Source: Heteronotia binoei (taxonomy: Eukaryota). From it: 64,000 nucleotides of DNA. Position numbers and translations under genes: made by a program. This document shows, piece by piece, positions 24,628-37,955 of this stretch (positions are counted from its first letter, which is position 1; every line of letters begins with the position of its first letter). The stretch is taken from assembly GCF_032191835.1 (NCBI RefSeq), contig NC_083225.1, positions 149,730,001 through 149,794,000 of the forward strand. The letters run 5' to 3'. The notes under the pieces are model-generated. The model ran no database searches and was not told the origin of the DNA. It saw only the letters and a list, made by a program, of their open reading frames with translations.

Positions 24628-26629
24628 TTGGTGAAAAATAGATGAGCAACAGAAAGAACTGTTTACTAATCCTCATTGTATATATTTATTTATTTATTTT
24701 ATTGGGTTTATATCCCACCCTATCCCAAGGCAGGCTCAGGGTGGCTCACATCATATAGATGATAGATGTGAAATTCTTTGAATATTCTAAAGCACTGTAT
24801 AAATGATTACTATGATTATAGATTTACACCAGTGAAAGCTGGTAATGTAATCAGTGCAGGATTTACCATCAGAGATCAATCTGATGATCTGTAAAAATAA
24901 ATAAACTCTGTGGTAAATCCTGTTTTGTGTAAGGGAGGTAATTTACCTTCAGGGGTTTGCACCCAACAAATGTTGACGTTGCTATTATCAATTTATTTTT
25001 TTAGTAGTGGAGAGAACTGAGGGAAGCAGGAGGCAAGGGATAATAAAATAACAGAAAGAAAGAAGGAGAGTAGTAATATTAACAGAGAACAAATGGTAGC
25101 AAATAAAGTAAGATTTACATAGATTTTATTATCATTGGCACTAACGTCCAAAACTTCACCCAAAAGATAGGCGTTGTGAAAGTAATTGAGGAAAAATACA
25201 AAGGATACCACAGAGGTATTCTGGGAAAGGTTCTCAGCATAAGGACTGAAAGGAAAAATGAGCAAAGTACCATATGTATTTGACATGACATAATATGGTC
25301 TTTCAGATTTGATCCCTTCTCTCTTAAGATGCTTCTCTTGATTGCCCCTTAGAAGCCAGCATGATAGGAAAAATTCATCATGAAGTGACTTTGTACTGTA
25401 CCGTGGCAACACTTAAGCACTATGATGTGATTTGAAAATAGGTGACTTAAAATCCAGGCCTCACAGGAATGTAACCCCCCCTTTGATATAGGGGGTCACT
25501 ATACCTGCATGCAGATTACTCCCCAGATTTAAAAAAGAATTTATCACTTCAAGGAGAAAGCTGGTTTTAAGTTTTCATTCCATAAGTAAAAACTGAAGAA
25601 GTGCTGTCACGTATGGTCACTATTAACATTTGGATCAGCCCTGAAGGTGATCATCTGGCAATCTAGAATAACCCTCCAACAGATTTATGCCTTTAGTTGA
25701 TAGAGGTACAGAGACACCATTGTAACTTCGTGTACTAAACATCTTCCTACCTGATTGACTCTTGCTCCTTCTCTCTCCCAGTTTCTTCCCTCGGATCCTT
25801 CTTTATGAAGGCCTGCTCATACACCTAAAAGGAAAATTGGCCTTATCTTCACAGAGGTTGTTGGGTGCCAAGATTTCAAGATGGGAGGGAGTAAGCATGA
25901 GCTATGACGTCAAACCCATCAGTACGTTTTCAGTGCAGTTGCCAAAGAAAATGTTTTTGACATATTTGAACAAAATTATGTGTGAAAAATCTAAATCCTA
26001 GATTAAATAAATATAGTATCTTTATTCATGGACAGTAATAAGTAAGGGTGCTCTTCCAAAATTATGCAATAATAATTCCCTTGCACATGCCAGTGAATGG
26101 AAAGCTTTTGAGCTATGATTAATTATTTCACATCTGTATGGTTTCTTATGTTTTCTGCCAAGTACTATGAATGGTGCACACAAAAACTGTCCCTAATCAA
26201 CTCTCTCCAAAATGAAACACATTGATCCGAACAAAAAGGTGGTTGTTGCCATGATTTCTTGTTGCATGTCAGGTTTCATACAGACCCTGGCTTGTATTGT
26301 GAAGCAGAACTTGACAATGTAAATACTTGTTTTATGTTGATCCAGAGAGTAGGTTTGATGGGTTTAAGTTACAGAGTGGTAGATTTCAAGAGAGTGTTGG
26401 GAGAAAAGTTTTTGATATGAATTATACATGGTTTGAGACAAAAAGACGACAATAAAAATGTGGAGAGCAAAAAAAGATTTTAGGTTTGAAGATGGGAGAG
26501 ATTAGGCAGACATCAAAAATGAAAACAATTTTTAAAATTTCTTTTCCATACGGTACCCATTGAAATCATAGACTTAGAACTGGGTAAGTTGCAGACTTTA
26601 CTTGGGGTTACAAGAAACCATGTTTTTAA

Positions 26630-27910
26630 AGCCACATCTTGTGTAGAGCCACCACTCACAAGGGATTAGATCTCCCAGACTTAAAATATTACTATTTTGC
26701 CACCAATTTTAGTGAACATAATAGCAGTGACGAACCCTCCCTATACAGCGGATTGACTACTTATAAAAAGCACTTCTGTTTCACAGGCACCCCTATAAGA
26801 CATAGTTTGATTAAAACCTCATCTTAGGCCATCTCTAATTAAAATCAATGAATTTTTGTATACTTCTCAATTTATGGGACAAAGTCTGCTCAAAATTTTT
26901 TCAAGATGTATCTCCAGTTTCCTCTTTTTTGAACCAGGTTTGGTTCATTATGGATATAGACAGAGGGTTTTCTATAAAATGGCAGCAAACAGGGATTACC
27001 TATGTAATTGATTTGATTAGGGTTGTCAGATCTGTGTTGGAAAATACCTGGAGACTTTGGGGGTGGATCCAGGAGAGAGTGGAGTTTGGGGATTGGAAGG
27101 GGCTCAGCATGGTCCAATGCCAAAGAGTCAATCCTTCAAAGCAGCCATTTTCTCCGAGGGAGCTGATCTCTGCCAGCTGGAGATCAATTGCAAAAACGGG
27201 AGATCTCCAGGTCCCACCTGGAGGCTGGTAACCCTGGATTTGATGGATAAAGGGGAAATTTTAGACAAATCTCAACTTGAGAGCTGCCTACAAATTGCCC
27301 TTCTTTGGTTTTGATACTTTCAGAAAAGTATGTTAGAGACCATATAAAAACTTTGGGTACTTTCTCAAGACCTCTCACAGATTTTTAAGTCTTACTTAAA
27401 TTTTTTTATAATGATTTTATTGGAATGGTATCAGAGTTATATAAACTATTAATTACTCCCGATTTCAGTAAGCCCCTTAGGTATCAAGACCGATGGTATG
27501 TTGATTGTGGTGTTCCTCCCTCAATGTCTCACTGGAACTTGATCTGGAACTCTCCCAGCAATCTATCTAAAGTATTTAATGTGCAGTTTCAATTTTTCAA
27601 AGTTTATTCACATTGGTATCTTATCATAAAAAGTTTTCTTATATTTATCCATCTAGTTCCCCAAAGTGTTGGAACGGGTGTGATCAAATTGGATTGTACC
27701 GATATTGTTGGTGGCACTGTATTTACATAAATAAATTTTGGTTAGAAATAGGAAATTGGATTAAGAATATTACAGGTTTTGAATTGCTCTTTTCTTTAGA
27801 GTCACTATTATTAAATGATTGGCCTGACCTACCTGTCAGAAACTCTGTTAGGAATTTGATTGCCCTTTTACTGGCTGGCACTTACTCAACAATTGCATTG
27901 AAGTGAGTGC
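26630..27910 (+). pseudogene. Ancient L1 ORF2 3' remnant
   Basis: GLDLPDLKYYYFA, WNLIWNS, SPKCWNGCDQIGLYRYCWWHC...KFWLEIGNWIKNI motifs across broken frames. Interrupted by the MITE at 27018-27236. Confidence 0.7.
27018..27236 (-). mobile_element. hAT (Blackjack-like) MITE nested in the old L1
   Basis: Termini tagggttg / gtaaccctg and perfect 8-bp TSD gatttgat (27010-27017, 27237-27244). Confidence 0.88.
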
Positions 27911-27939
27911 ATTGATCAGACACCCCCTTCTGTAATGGC

Positions 27940-28195
27940 CTCCTTTACTTCAAGAGGGAAACTGTTCCAGCATTGAAAACATGTCACTATCAGGAAGTTC
28001 TTCCTCAAATTTAGATAAAATCTTCTGTGTTGTAGTTTATATCCATTAGTCTGTGTCCTCTCATCCAACATGACTGAAAACATACTTCATCCTTCCCATG
28101 GTATCCTTTTAGTTATTGGAAGGTGGCAATCATATCACCTCACAAGTATCTCTTTTTCAGTATACATATTCCCAGCTCCATCTTTCTTGATGTTA
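27940..28195 (-). mobile_element. Old CR1 ORF2 3' fragment
   Basis: aggaagttcttcctc...catatcacctc...attcccagctcc resembles reverse CR1 3' coding sequence. Confidence 0.5.
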
Positions 28196-28206
28196 TGTCT
28201 ATAGAC

Positions 28207-28530
28207 CAGGGCTGGCCAAACTTGCTTAATGTAAGAACCACATAGAATAAATGTTAGATGTTTGAGAGCCGCAAGACATGAACATCAGTTGTTTGAGAGC
28301 TGGAAGGCAGGCAGGCAGGCAGGAAGACAAATACATGGGGAGGGAGTGGTGGAAAGAAAGCAACTTTAAATGCATTCTCCAAGCTGCCAGCTGGCTTGGC
28401 TTGGAGAAGTGATTTAAATAGAAAAATGCCTTTTCCAAGCCAGCCAATGGGGTGGAGGGGGGCTTCAAGAGCCGCACAATATGTGTGAAAGAGCCACGTG
28501 TGGCTCCCAAGCCGCAGTTGGCCACCCCTG
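28207..28530. mobile_element. hAT (Charlie-like) MITE, 324 bp
   Basis: TIRs cagggctggccaaac / gttggccacccctg and TSD ctatagac / ctatagag (7 of 8). Confidence 0.85.
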
Positions 28531-28899
28531 CTATAGAGGAAAATGTGAAATGCATCTGAACTGCTAGTAATTTCTAGTGTTACTATAAAAGCATTTTTCC
28601 ATAATCATTATAGACTAGGTAAAGATAGAATATTTCTTTAAGATTACTATTTCCCTCTTTTTGACTGTCATTTGCAATTTCTCTGATTCTAGGTCTACCT
28701 AGTACATCAGTTAAACAAGCCTGGTTGGACATGTTTTTGATCTGATATTATAAATAATAGTGACCAAAAAGTGGGATATCTTCATATCTGAGGTAAGCAA
28801 ATGATTAATTGGAACATATGTTGAGTGATAACATTGGTTTTATCTTAGTATTGTCTACTCTCATTGGCAGCACGCCTCCAGGCAGAGAAAGGACTTTTC

Positions 28900-29200
28900 T
28901 AAAGTCATCTGATTTCCAAATCTTTTATTTTTAGCAGATGACAAAGAATGAAACATCTTTCCCAAAAGAAATAATTAGTTTGTTTATTGCCTGTGCTTCT
29001 CCTAAAATATCTTAAAAGTCTTCTGTAGTATGATTGTGAGCAGGGCGTCTGCCAGTCATTTTGGGTTGCATGATCATTGCTACACATAATGCAGAAGTTT
29101 CCACACTGGTCCAGGTCCATGGGATCTGGAATTAAATCAGGTAATGGCATCTGCTCCTGTTCAGAACTCTGCCTTCAGAGGCCTTGTAAATACAGAAAGG
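28900..29200 (-). pseudogene. Possible degraded Ty3/Gypsy gag remnant
   Basis: Minus-strand PDPMDLD motif followed by an Arg-rich segment and Cys/His residues, resembling the PEPMxLx...RR...CxxC gag C-terminus. Highly decayed. Confidence 0.3.
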
Positions 29201-32200
29201 AGATACATGTGTGGACCAAGGGAGATAGGTTTGTGCAAAGATGGGTACAGAAGGAGGTTATATACAAGGGACACGGAGAAGGGTGGGGAGTTTTTTTGAC
29301 TGCAACAGAAGACATTCTTCATTCTCAGGCAGGAATTGCTCTACTGGTCATTGACTGATTTTGGGAAGAGGATGCTGTGGTAGATCCACCAGTGCTTGGA
29401 GAGACACCGGTGAGTAAGGCAGATTGCTTCTGGTAAGAGCTGATATCTCAAGATGTGTTTGAATATACTCTGTAATGAAAATGCTTCTCATAACCGCATA
29501 ATTCACACTGTGTCCATGATGCAGTACAGAACCCTCTTGCTGTTCATTCTTTGGTATTGGGTTCTAGGCACCATTTGCATCACCAAGATCTGCATGTAAA
29601 AAAAGTGCTCAACTGTTCTATTGTACTCTGTCCAAGATTTGTAAAGTGGATGATGTGCTCTTTTCTACCTGTTTTGTCATGGTATTTACAAGTTCTGTCT
29701 ATTGCTTCTTTGGAGTATGACTGTCTGTACATTAAACACTCCTTCAGATTGGTTTTCAGATTTTTACTTGTATACTTCTCAGATGAGTTAGACACAGTTG
29801 TACTTTTAGGGCAGTTGCTTCACCCTTTCCAGACTTAGGATCCATCTCTAACTCATATCACACTTTTGATTTTGTATCTTACACATCAGTCTTCTTCTAT
29901 TGTATATATGTCTTCCCTTCTTTCTTTCCCCCACCCAAAGATGGTGGTGGTGGGTACTCCTGATGCATCTCACATTAGATGAAACTTCCCAGTTGAAGTC
30001 CAAAACTTGGAATAGTTAAGGAGAAGAGAATCCACAATTACATACTATTAATTCTAAAAGAATTAGACAAACCTGAATGTGTTAAGAAAAGAGTATAAAA
30101 AAGAAGGCACAAGTTAGCTATGCCTGCAAGCAGTATGCTTTGTCTGTATAGTGCCTCTAATTGTGCTGGTTGCAGAGGGGAGGAAGAGTACCCAGAGAGC
30201 CTTGGCTTCTTCTGATGTCTCTTGATTCATCCTGGATTTGCGGGAAACTCAACCCTCTTGTTTTCGGCCACAGGAATGATCCTCGGAGACAGTTGTCTGT
30301 GTTCCTAGTTCTTGGGTGTGGGGGAGGATGTGTGCCAGTTTTTCTGTGCTCTTGGATGACAGTGGCTGGAAGTAGAATGCAAATTTAGAGAAGGAAATGA
30401 GCAGGGTAGTGGTGGAGTGGGGATAGCAAGTCACTCTATTCTAGCTGCAGTGGAACTGAAAGGAAGGATCATATGGGTAACGGCTGGTCTCTTGTGGCCT
30501 GTTTGATCCTGGCTTCAAGACAGTCTGAGATCCTCTGAGCAAACTCTCTCTCCTCTCTGCTCTTTCCAACTTAGTTCAATGGGGTAATCAATGTACAGTT
30601 TAACGTCTCCCTCCTCCCTTTGTTTCTTCTCCTTCTCCATTCAAGCTCTTTTCCTTTTTTAAAGTTTCTTTTTGGCAAAAGTTAAAACAGATGATGAGTT
30701 TGGACCAAGATGAAACTAGTTGTGGAGTGTGTTGGGCAATGAGATTCATTTGTTCTGAACCTTGAGGAGAGAAGGCGGGTGAAGGAAGAGGAGGAAAGGA
30801 ATGACCCTCCCCAGATGGGGCACAGTGCCAAAAATGTGTTTTGCTTGGAGAAGAAAGCAGAAGTTTTGAAGTTATCCTGGAGTTAACTCCTTTGTCACCC
30901 ATAGCAGCAGAAGAATGTTTCACGAGAGCAGCAAACCTTTTGCTGCCCCTCCAAAGATCTTATAGCAGGCATTGCCTGCTGTTTCATATTAATTATGAGG
31001 AACTGCCCTATGTATTTTAATATGCTATGTATTTTTCTAGACTTTGCTTGACTGAAGAGTAATCTATATCTCTCCTTGGAAAATATAACTGAGATAATTA
31101 CCAGCGTTAAATGTCCAGTTAGAGATGGGCTCTGAATCTTCCTTTACCACATACATCGTGATCTTTCTCAAATTAGTTTCCTCTCTTTGCAATATCACTA
31201 AACATTCTTATTCATGCAGTAGATAAAATATTATGCCTTCCTTACAGAACTCTAATATATGAATATGAGTCGTATTTAGGCAGTGATTCTCATACCATGA
31301 CATGAATGACAAGAGCCTTTAGTTTTCACTGCCAAATTGCTATTTTAATTGAAACAAGGGCCTGGGAGGGGGAACTGAAAAGAAAGGGGAAGAGGGGAAA
31401 AGACTATGAGCATAGGAAAAACTGCTGCTTTTCAGCAACTGAATAATCACAACAGCTGGCATTGGATTATATCTTAAATCTTGTGTACCTTGAGTCATTG
31501 CAAGAGTTTGTTAAATTTGCTCCAGAAAAGCAGTTATTTTGTGGGAGTGGAAGCATGGTCAAGTGGCAGGACATTTGTTTTCTTGGTCAAATACTGAAGG
31601 GGACACACTCTCATGTCTGACATCTTGACCTGTAAATCCACCCAAAGTTACCATATTTATAGACCAGTGATACTTTATTGAGGGAATGGTGTGCTTTTGA
31701 CTCCCCAGCATACTTTTGTAAGCAGTACAGTGGTGGGCCTTCATATGAATGTGCTTTAAGTGGTAGCAGCTCAGTGACAGGCTTAATTAAGCAAGCCAGT
31801 GTGGTGTACCAGAACATCTGACTAGGACTGGGGACATTCAGATTCAAATTTCATGAACCAGATCATGTACTTAAAAGTTTATTTTTTAAAATGCCGGTTG
31901 CATGGGAGCCCAATTCTCATCAGAGCTGTGACACAAGGTGAAGGGGATTTAACCTTCCCCATGTACAGTTTTCCTAACCTGAAATAGCTCCTGGAGCTAC
32001 TTTATATAAGGATTTATGTCAGTAGATGTACATTTGGCACATGGGGCAAATAGCAGCTGTACTGGGTCTTTACTGGTTGGTAAAATGGTGCAGGGGAGAG
32101 GCTTAAAAAACCCTTCCCCTTCAGAGTTGGTGTCCCATACACTTGATATTTGATGTGGAAGAATTCTGGGAACTTCACATAACTTCTGTAGTCATGTCCA

Positions 32201-33929
32201 CTTTGGCTCTCTTGCTTGGTGTTCTTGAGCCAGTAACTTTCTCTCTCAGCTTAAACTATTTTTTAGGGTTGTTGTGAAGAAAGAGTAGAGAAGAACCATG
32301 TATGTTTCCTTTAGCTCTTTGGAGGGTGTGGGATACAAATGCAGTAGATTATTGTTTTCTAGTTCTGGCTAACTGACTGGTAACTGACTGACATTTTAAG
32401 AGGCTGTGAATGATTACATCTAGAATGCATGAAATTCCTTCTTCTTCTTCTTCACATGATAACTTGATATATAGCCATAGTGGACAGAGTGCTGAGTGGG
32501 ATTGTGGCAATCCAGAATAAAACCACCCCCAAGTGTGAAGCTCACTGTCTATCCTAGGGCAAATTGCTATTTTTCAGTTCAACCTACTTTTATGTGGCTG
32601 TTGTGAGCTAAAATGGGATGTTCCTTGTAAGGAAGAGGGGGCACAAATGTGGTAAAGAAAATGAGTGTTCCACCTTGCTTGTAAGTATAATTGTAACATT
32701 CATCAACAAGCAATGGCAAAGCCTTAAAGTGAGTGGAGATTGAACCTAACTGTGTGATTGTATATTCAATTGTCTGTCTTTTTGCTGGCTACCCTCAGTC
32801 TTTCTGGCCTCCATTTCTCTCTCTAGCTCTCTCTTGTATTTGTATCTTGTGGTAGGTTAATAATACTGACCAGAGATGAGACAAAACTGCCTGGTGGTTC
32901 ATTTTCTGTCTGTATAAGTGGTTCACAGCTTCTCTTCATTACAGTTTGTATATCTCTGGCACTTCTGCTGATCTAGCTGGATTAGATTCTCTGCTGACGC
33001 AGTAAATGCCAAGACCTCAATCCTAAATCCCATTTATTCAAAGAGCATATTCCACTGAAATCAACAGAATGTAATCATGGAGTGTGTTTAGGGCTAGTGC
33101 TTAGATTTTTAAACTTGGCCTTTGTGTTTGTTTGACAAACATTTACTTTGGAGTCTGTGATTTTGAGCAGTTTTATCTGATATAGCTCTGTAAAATTATC
33201 CTGCTGTTTGTTGTCTGTACCAACTTTCTCACCGCACCATTTGGCACAGCTTCTCCTTCTCTTAACCACAGTATTCCGTGCATGCTGTAAATTGCCGTCT
33301 TTCCATTGTAATTGGTATACTGATCCTTCCTTCATCTCTTTGGTGATATCAAAAACCCAAAGTGCAGACACTCTGAATCCTTTGGATTTGTTAGTTAAGA
33401 GAAAAGAGTAAATATAATAAAGTTACCTGTTTTACAGACTTCATTTGGTGAATTGGTGATGGTCTTGAAGTTCATCCATTGGACCTTTTAGCATTGCAGA
33501 ATTTATATACACATTGTATTGTAGTGGTTAGTGTGTTAGGCAAGGACTGTGGAAACCCAGGTTCAAATCTCTGTTTGCCATGAAACTTGAGAAATTCATT
33601 TTCTTTCTGTGAGCTTATTTCAGAGGTTTGTGAGGATAAGATGGGTAGGGAGAATGATGCAAGTCTACCTGAGTTTTTTGGAGGAGAGACAAGATAAAAA
33701 CATACTAAATAAATAATGATAAAAATTAATACCAAATAAATAATGATAATAAGGAATAATAATAAGTTAGCAGGTATGGCTCCAGGGGATAGCAAGGAGT
33801 AACAGACACTCCCATCAAATATTTTTAACTATCTTTTCCACCGTTCCATCTTTTATCCACAATACATTATACTCTGAGAGAATGGACTGAAATTTTAGTT
33901 ACTTTCATTCTATCAAGTATGTTTCTAAT

Positions 33930-34232
33930 GAGAAGGAGGAGAAAGAAGAGGAGGAGGAGATTGGATTTATATCCCACCTTTCACTACCTGAAGGAATCTC
34001 AGAGTGGTTTATAATCTCCTTTCCCTTCCCTTCCCCTCCCCCACAATAGACACCCTGTGAAGTAGGTGGAGCTGAGAGAGCTCTAACAGAAACTGCTCTT
34101 GATAGGAACAGCTTGTGAGAACTTGTGATTGACTCAAGGTCACATCAGCAGGTGCATGTGGAGGAGTAATGAATCAAACACAGTTCTTCCAAATAACAGT
34201 CCACACACTTAGCCACTACATCAGATTGGCTA
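33930..34232 (-). mobile_element. Squam3-type tRNA/CORE SINE
   Basis: Purine-repeat tail, ggatttatatcccacc, gacaccctgtgaagtaggtgg and cttagccactacatc head in reverse. Confidence 0.75.
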
Positions 34233-35984
34233 CCAAACTGTGTATTACAAAATCCTTGGTTCCCCACTAATGGTCTTTATTGACCCTTCACATCTCCAAA
34301 ATGGGTCTTCTAGAGTTCTGTTGTATGGTAGGAATTACTGCTGATTTATGTGGCTTGAGTGTCACTCCATAGTAGGCCAAAATATGAAGCCAAGGTTGTC
34401 TTTTCAGTTATGACTCTCAGAAAAGTTATTTTACTCCATAGTGAGAAATAGCTGAGCTATCTTAAGAGGAAGGTTTTAGCCTGATTTTTATTATCTACTA
34501 AAATATAGTAGATTGTCTGAAAGAGAAGAACAGTTTGTATGAAGCCCAACATTAGTTAGAACTCGTCTGGTTTTGCAGCTATCCCTAAACACAGCTGAAA
34601 ATCTTTTGAGGAAGATCGGTCAGAATTATGGTTTTGGGTGGAAACCACATGGAACCAAGCCACTCCGCAGTATTTCTGCCCTGAACCTTCCAAAATACAT
34701 GGGAAGGGGCGTTGGGAGTTCAAAGGGAGTGCAGTTTGAGACACAGAAATGAATACAGGATCCTTCTGTTCTAGAATGGTCATTCTTCTGTTTTGTAAGC
34801 TGCTGCTACATGGAGGTATGTAGTGTACATAGGTAGGTATAGTGTTTTCACACATATCCAAGGTAACTTCCAACTGCTTGAGAATACTTGATTTTGATTT
34901 CTCTTGGGATGATGAGTTTATTATTATTTTTTTAAAATAAAAGATGTGGGCGACAACCCAAAGACCAGAATTACATGAAAACAGGGCCAGGAATCTTGAG
35001 TTCATGGGAACTTAAAGCATTATTCTCTGTATTTATACATATGTGTTTTCCAACTGATGTATAATTCCAACCCTCCTCCCAGCTCTCCTCCCATCTATTA
35101 CTTATACTTTTTGTAAACAGAGCTTGCCAAATCCAGCTTCACTGCTGGCTGTGCTCCACGTGTTTGTTTTCTGTACACGTGCTGCTCTTGCCAGCTCTGT
35201 TGGGCTTTGCTTGGGGATGGGGGGCGGGATGCAGGAACTGGAGGGGTGGCAGAGGAAGAAACGGGAGCAGCAAGCTGCTGTTCTACAAACTCATATTTGT
35301 TTAAAGCTTAAAGGCTGTTTGAGAGAACTTTTTGGAGTTGGGGGAAAGTGGGAGGGAGTGGGGGAAACCGAGAATGTAAACTGTGCACAAGCAAACTTTC
35401 CAGCTGGACCTGCTCCTGTTGCTTGTCTAAGGAGCCAGGAGAGAAGTACTTTAGGATCTTGAACCTCACATATGGAAACCTCCTCATATATTTGGCTTTG
35501 TACAATTTAGAAATGGAATATGGTCTGAGTAAAACACAAGAGGCATCTTGGGGCATCTTAAAATACTTACAATTTTTTTACTTACATAAGCTTTTATCCA
35601 TCAGAACTTTTATGCATGAATGTTCATCCACTAAGCAGAAGAATTATACTCGAAGTTGCAAATGACAGAATGGTGTGGGGTGGTAAAAGTTACAAACAAA
35701 GCCCCCTCCCTCTTTAGTTCTGTTTAATCTGCAATTCTGAGTATAAATGCTTCATCATAATAGACAAACATTCAGGCATCTGAGCTCTGACTCTCACAGA
35801 AACTTGTGCTGGAATAAATTTTGTTAGTCCTTAAGGTGCAGCAGGATTTCTACTTTATTTTGATACTATAGACTGACATGGCTACCCACTTTGAATTATG
35901 ATCAGACTAATTTACTCTATAATATTTAGGAATCTTTTTTCCCATTCACAGGAAGTTTAATATATACGTATAGATAGATGAACC

Positions 35985-36920
35985 AAATAGGCTTGATTCT
36001 GAAACTGGTTTGAATGAAAAAATGCCTCCCTGAGGGCCTGGAGCTTCAAAATTGCAGGGGATCTCCAGCAGACTCTCCTCTGTGTGCCCACCAAGTTTGA
36101 TAAAGGTTGAACATCAGTGGTCTGTTACAGACCCCCAAATAAGTTGCCCACAGACAGTGCTCTTCAATGAGAGGTCACACGCTGGTTCAGGAGCATACAA
36201 AATGGACCCTGGGAATGCTAGAGGCATCCAGCTTGCAGAGTGCCTCCTGGGGATGTCCCTCCATATGCCCAACATGTTATATGTGGATAGGATTTGCAGG
36301 GTCAGAGTTACGGACCCCCAAGCAAGAACTTCCCAGGAAAATGCTTTGTGGAGAGATGGTGGGTGTGGGTTCATGAGTGCATAGACCAGACTACCCTCCA
36401 TCTGCCTGAAAATATATTCAGTGGCCAGGACCACACCAGCCACTCACTCCATTGAGGTCCAGGAGCTACCTTTAAGCTGCAGGGGCCTGCTGCCACCTGG
36501 CCCCATGCGCCCGCCCTTTGTGGGCTGTCTCAGTGATGACTGGGCAGGTCCAACCCTCCTGCCCTGCCCAGGGCCTAGGAGCCACCTGCATAGTTGTGGG
36601 TGGCTGTGTCTTCCTGAGCCAACACCCCCACCCCCAAACAGAAATGTGATTACTGGGCAGGGCCAACTCTACTGCCCTGCCTGGGGCCCAGGAGCCACCC
36701 ATAGAGCTGTGGGTGGCTGTGTTTTCTCAGGCCCACCCTCCACCTCATGGCAACTTGATAACTGGGCAGGGCCAATCTTCCTACCCTGCCGGGGGTATGG
36801 GAAGCAGAAACACAGTTGCAGGTGGCTGTGTCTCCCTGGGCCCACCCTCCACCTCTGGCTGACATTATTGCTGGGCAGGGTCAACCCCAAAGTCAATGAT
36901 TGTGCAACAACTCAGACAGA
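35985..36920. mobile_element. Non-autonomous DNA transposon related to 23843-24627, with an internal ~118-bp tandem array (ends not resolved)
   Basis: Colinear similarity to 23930-24545 (aaaaaatgcc...ggggatctccagc...caaaatggaccct...ggaccacaccagccactcac). About three units ending gggcagggccaa at ~36540-36890. Confidence 0.7.
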
Positions 36921-37955
36921 AACCCAGGAGAAAGAGGGGTGTATTGGGGTGGAGCAGCAAGGAAGCCCCAGGCAGCAACTCTGGAACAGTGTAGGCAAAG
37001 CAGGAGGAACCCCCACCACAATGGTGGTATGTTAGAGATGCAAAAGGAGGCAAAGCCAAGGAAATGACTGTGCAACAGTTTCAGCAGAAAACCCAGGGAG
37101 CAAAAAGGAAGGGGGGATTTGAGATGCAGAAGAATGAGGGAACCCAAAGTGGTCACTCTGAAGTGATCCAGGCCCGGACACCCAAGGAGAAGTGATGGGG
37201 GGAACACTTTGCATCAGAGAAACAAACAGGGTGTGTGGGGGGTGGGGTGGGAAGGTTTGCAGTACGGAAACCCAGGGAAGGCAATTCCCCCAGACCCCTG
37301 AATGACTAACATTTATGAAAAATCTTGTATGGCAGTATGTATCATAGCCAAGAGATTCAGCAATCCACTCCCCCCCCCCCCCCAGATCACCAGCCATGCT
37401 GTTTTGTGAATGCAAGGACACCCAGAACTCCCTATGACTCAATGTGTGTATAATACCACAGCAGCAGAAGACGATTTGGACATGAAGTACAGCGTGATCA
37501 GGTCAAGATAAAAGGTCAAGATGATCTGACCTGGTTAGACCAGGAGAAACTAGGAAGTAAGGATAAGTATGAATGGACAGGCTGCAAAGGCAGACTTGGA
37601 TTCAGGGAACGTATAGCAAGAGCTTCTGCAGCTTAAGAGAGTGGTGAAGTCCAGGTGAAGTCCTCACATGTTGCTCAGACTGGAAGACTACATGATTCAG
37701 AAAATTACGTAGGGAAGAGTGGCATATTACTAGACGTTGTGGCTCATTTAACATTCTGACTCACATGCCCTGCCTCAGTCCCCCTGGTGCAGCTCTGGGT
37801 AGATCTGAGGTACCTAAAGTTTCCTTCTCTAACCAGCTTCCATGGCACATACCTGTTCCCCAGGGCTTAATGCTGAAGACCATCTGTCTCTTGATAATTC
37901 TATTTTTATAAATTGGGTCATGGAAGGCCAGTGATTCTAATTATCCATCCAACTT

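Noticed and set aside
24993-26600. 139-aa minus ORF and faint L1-like words nearby
   Set aside because: May be very old LINE debris, but the motifs were not in a consistent order and I could not support a call.
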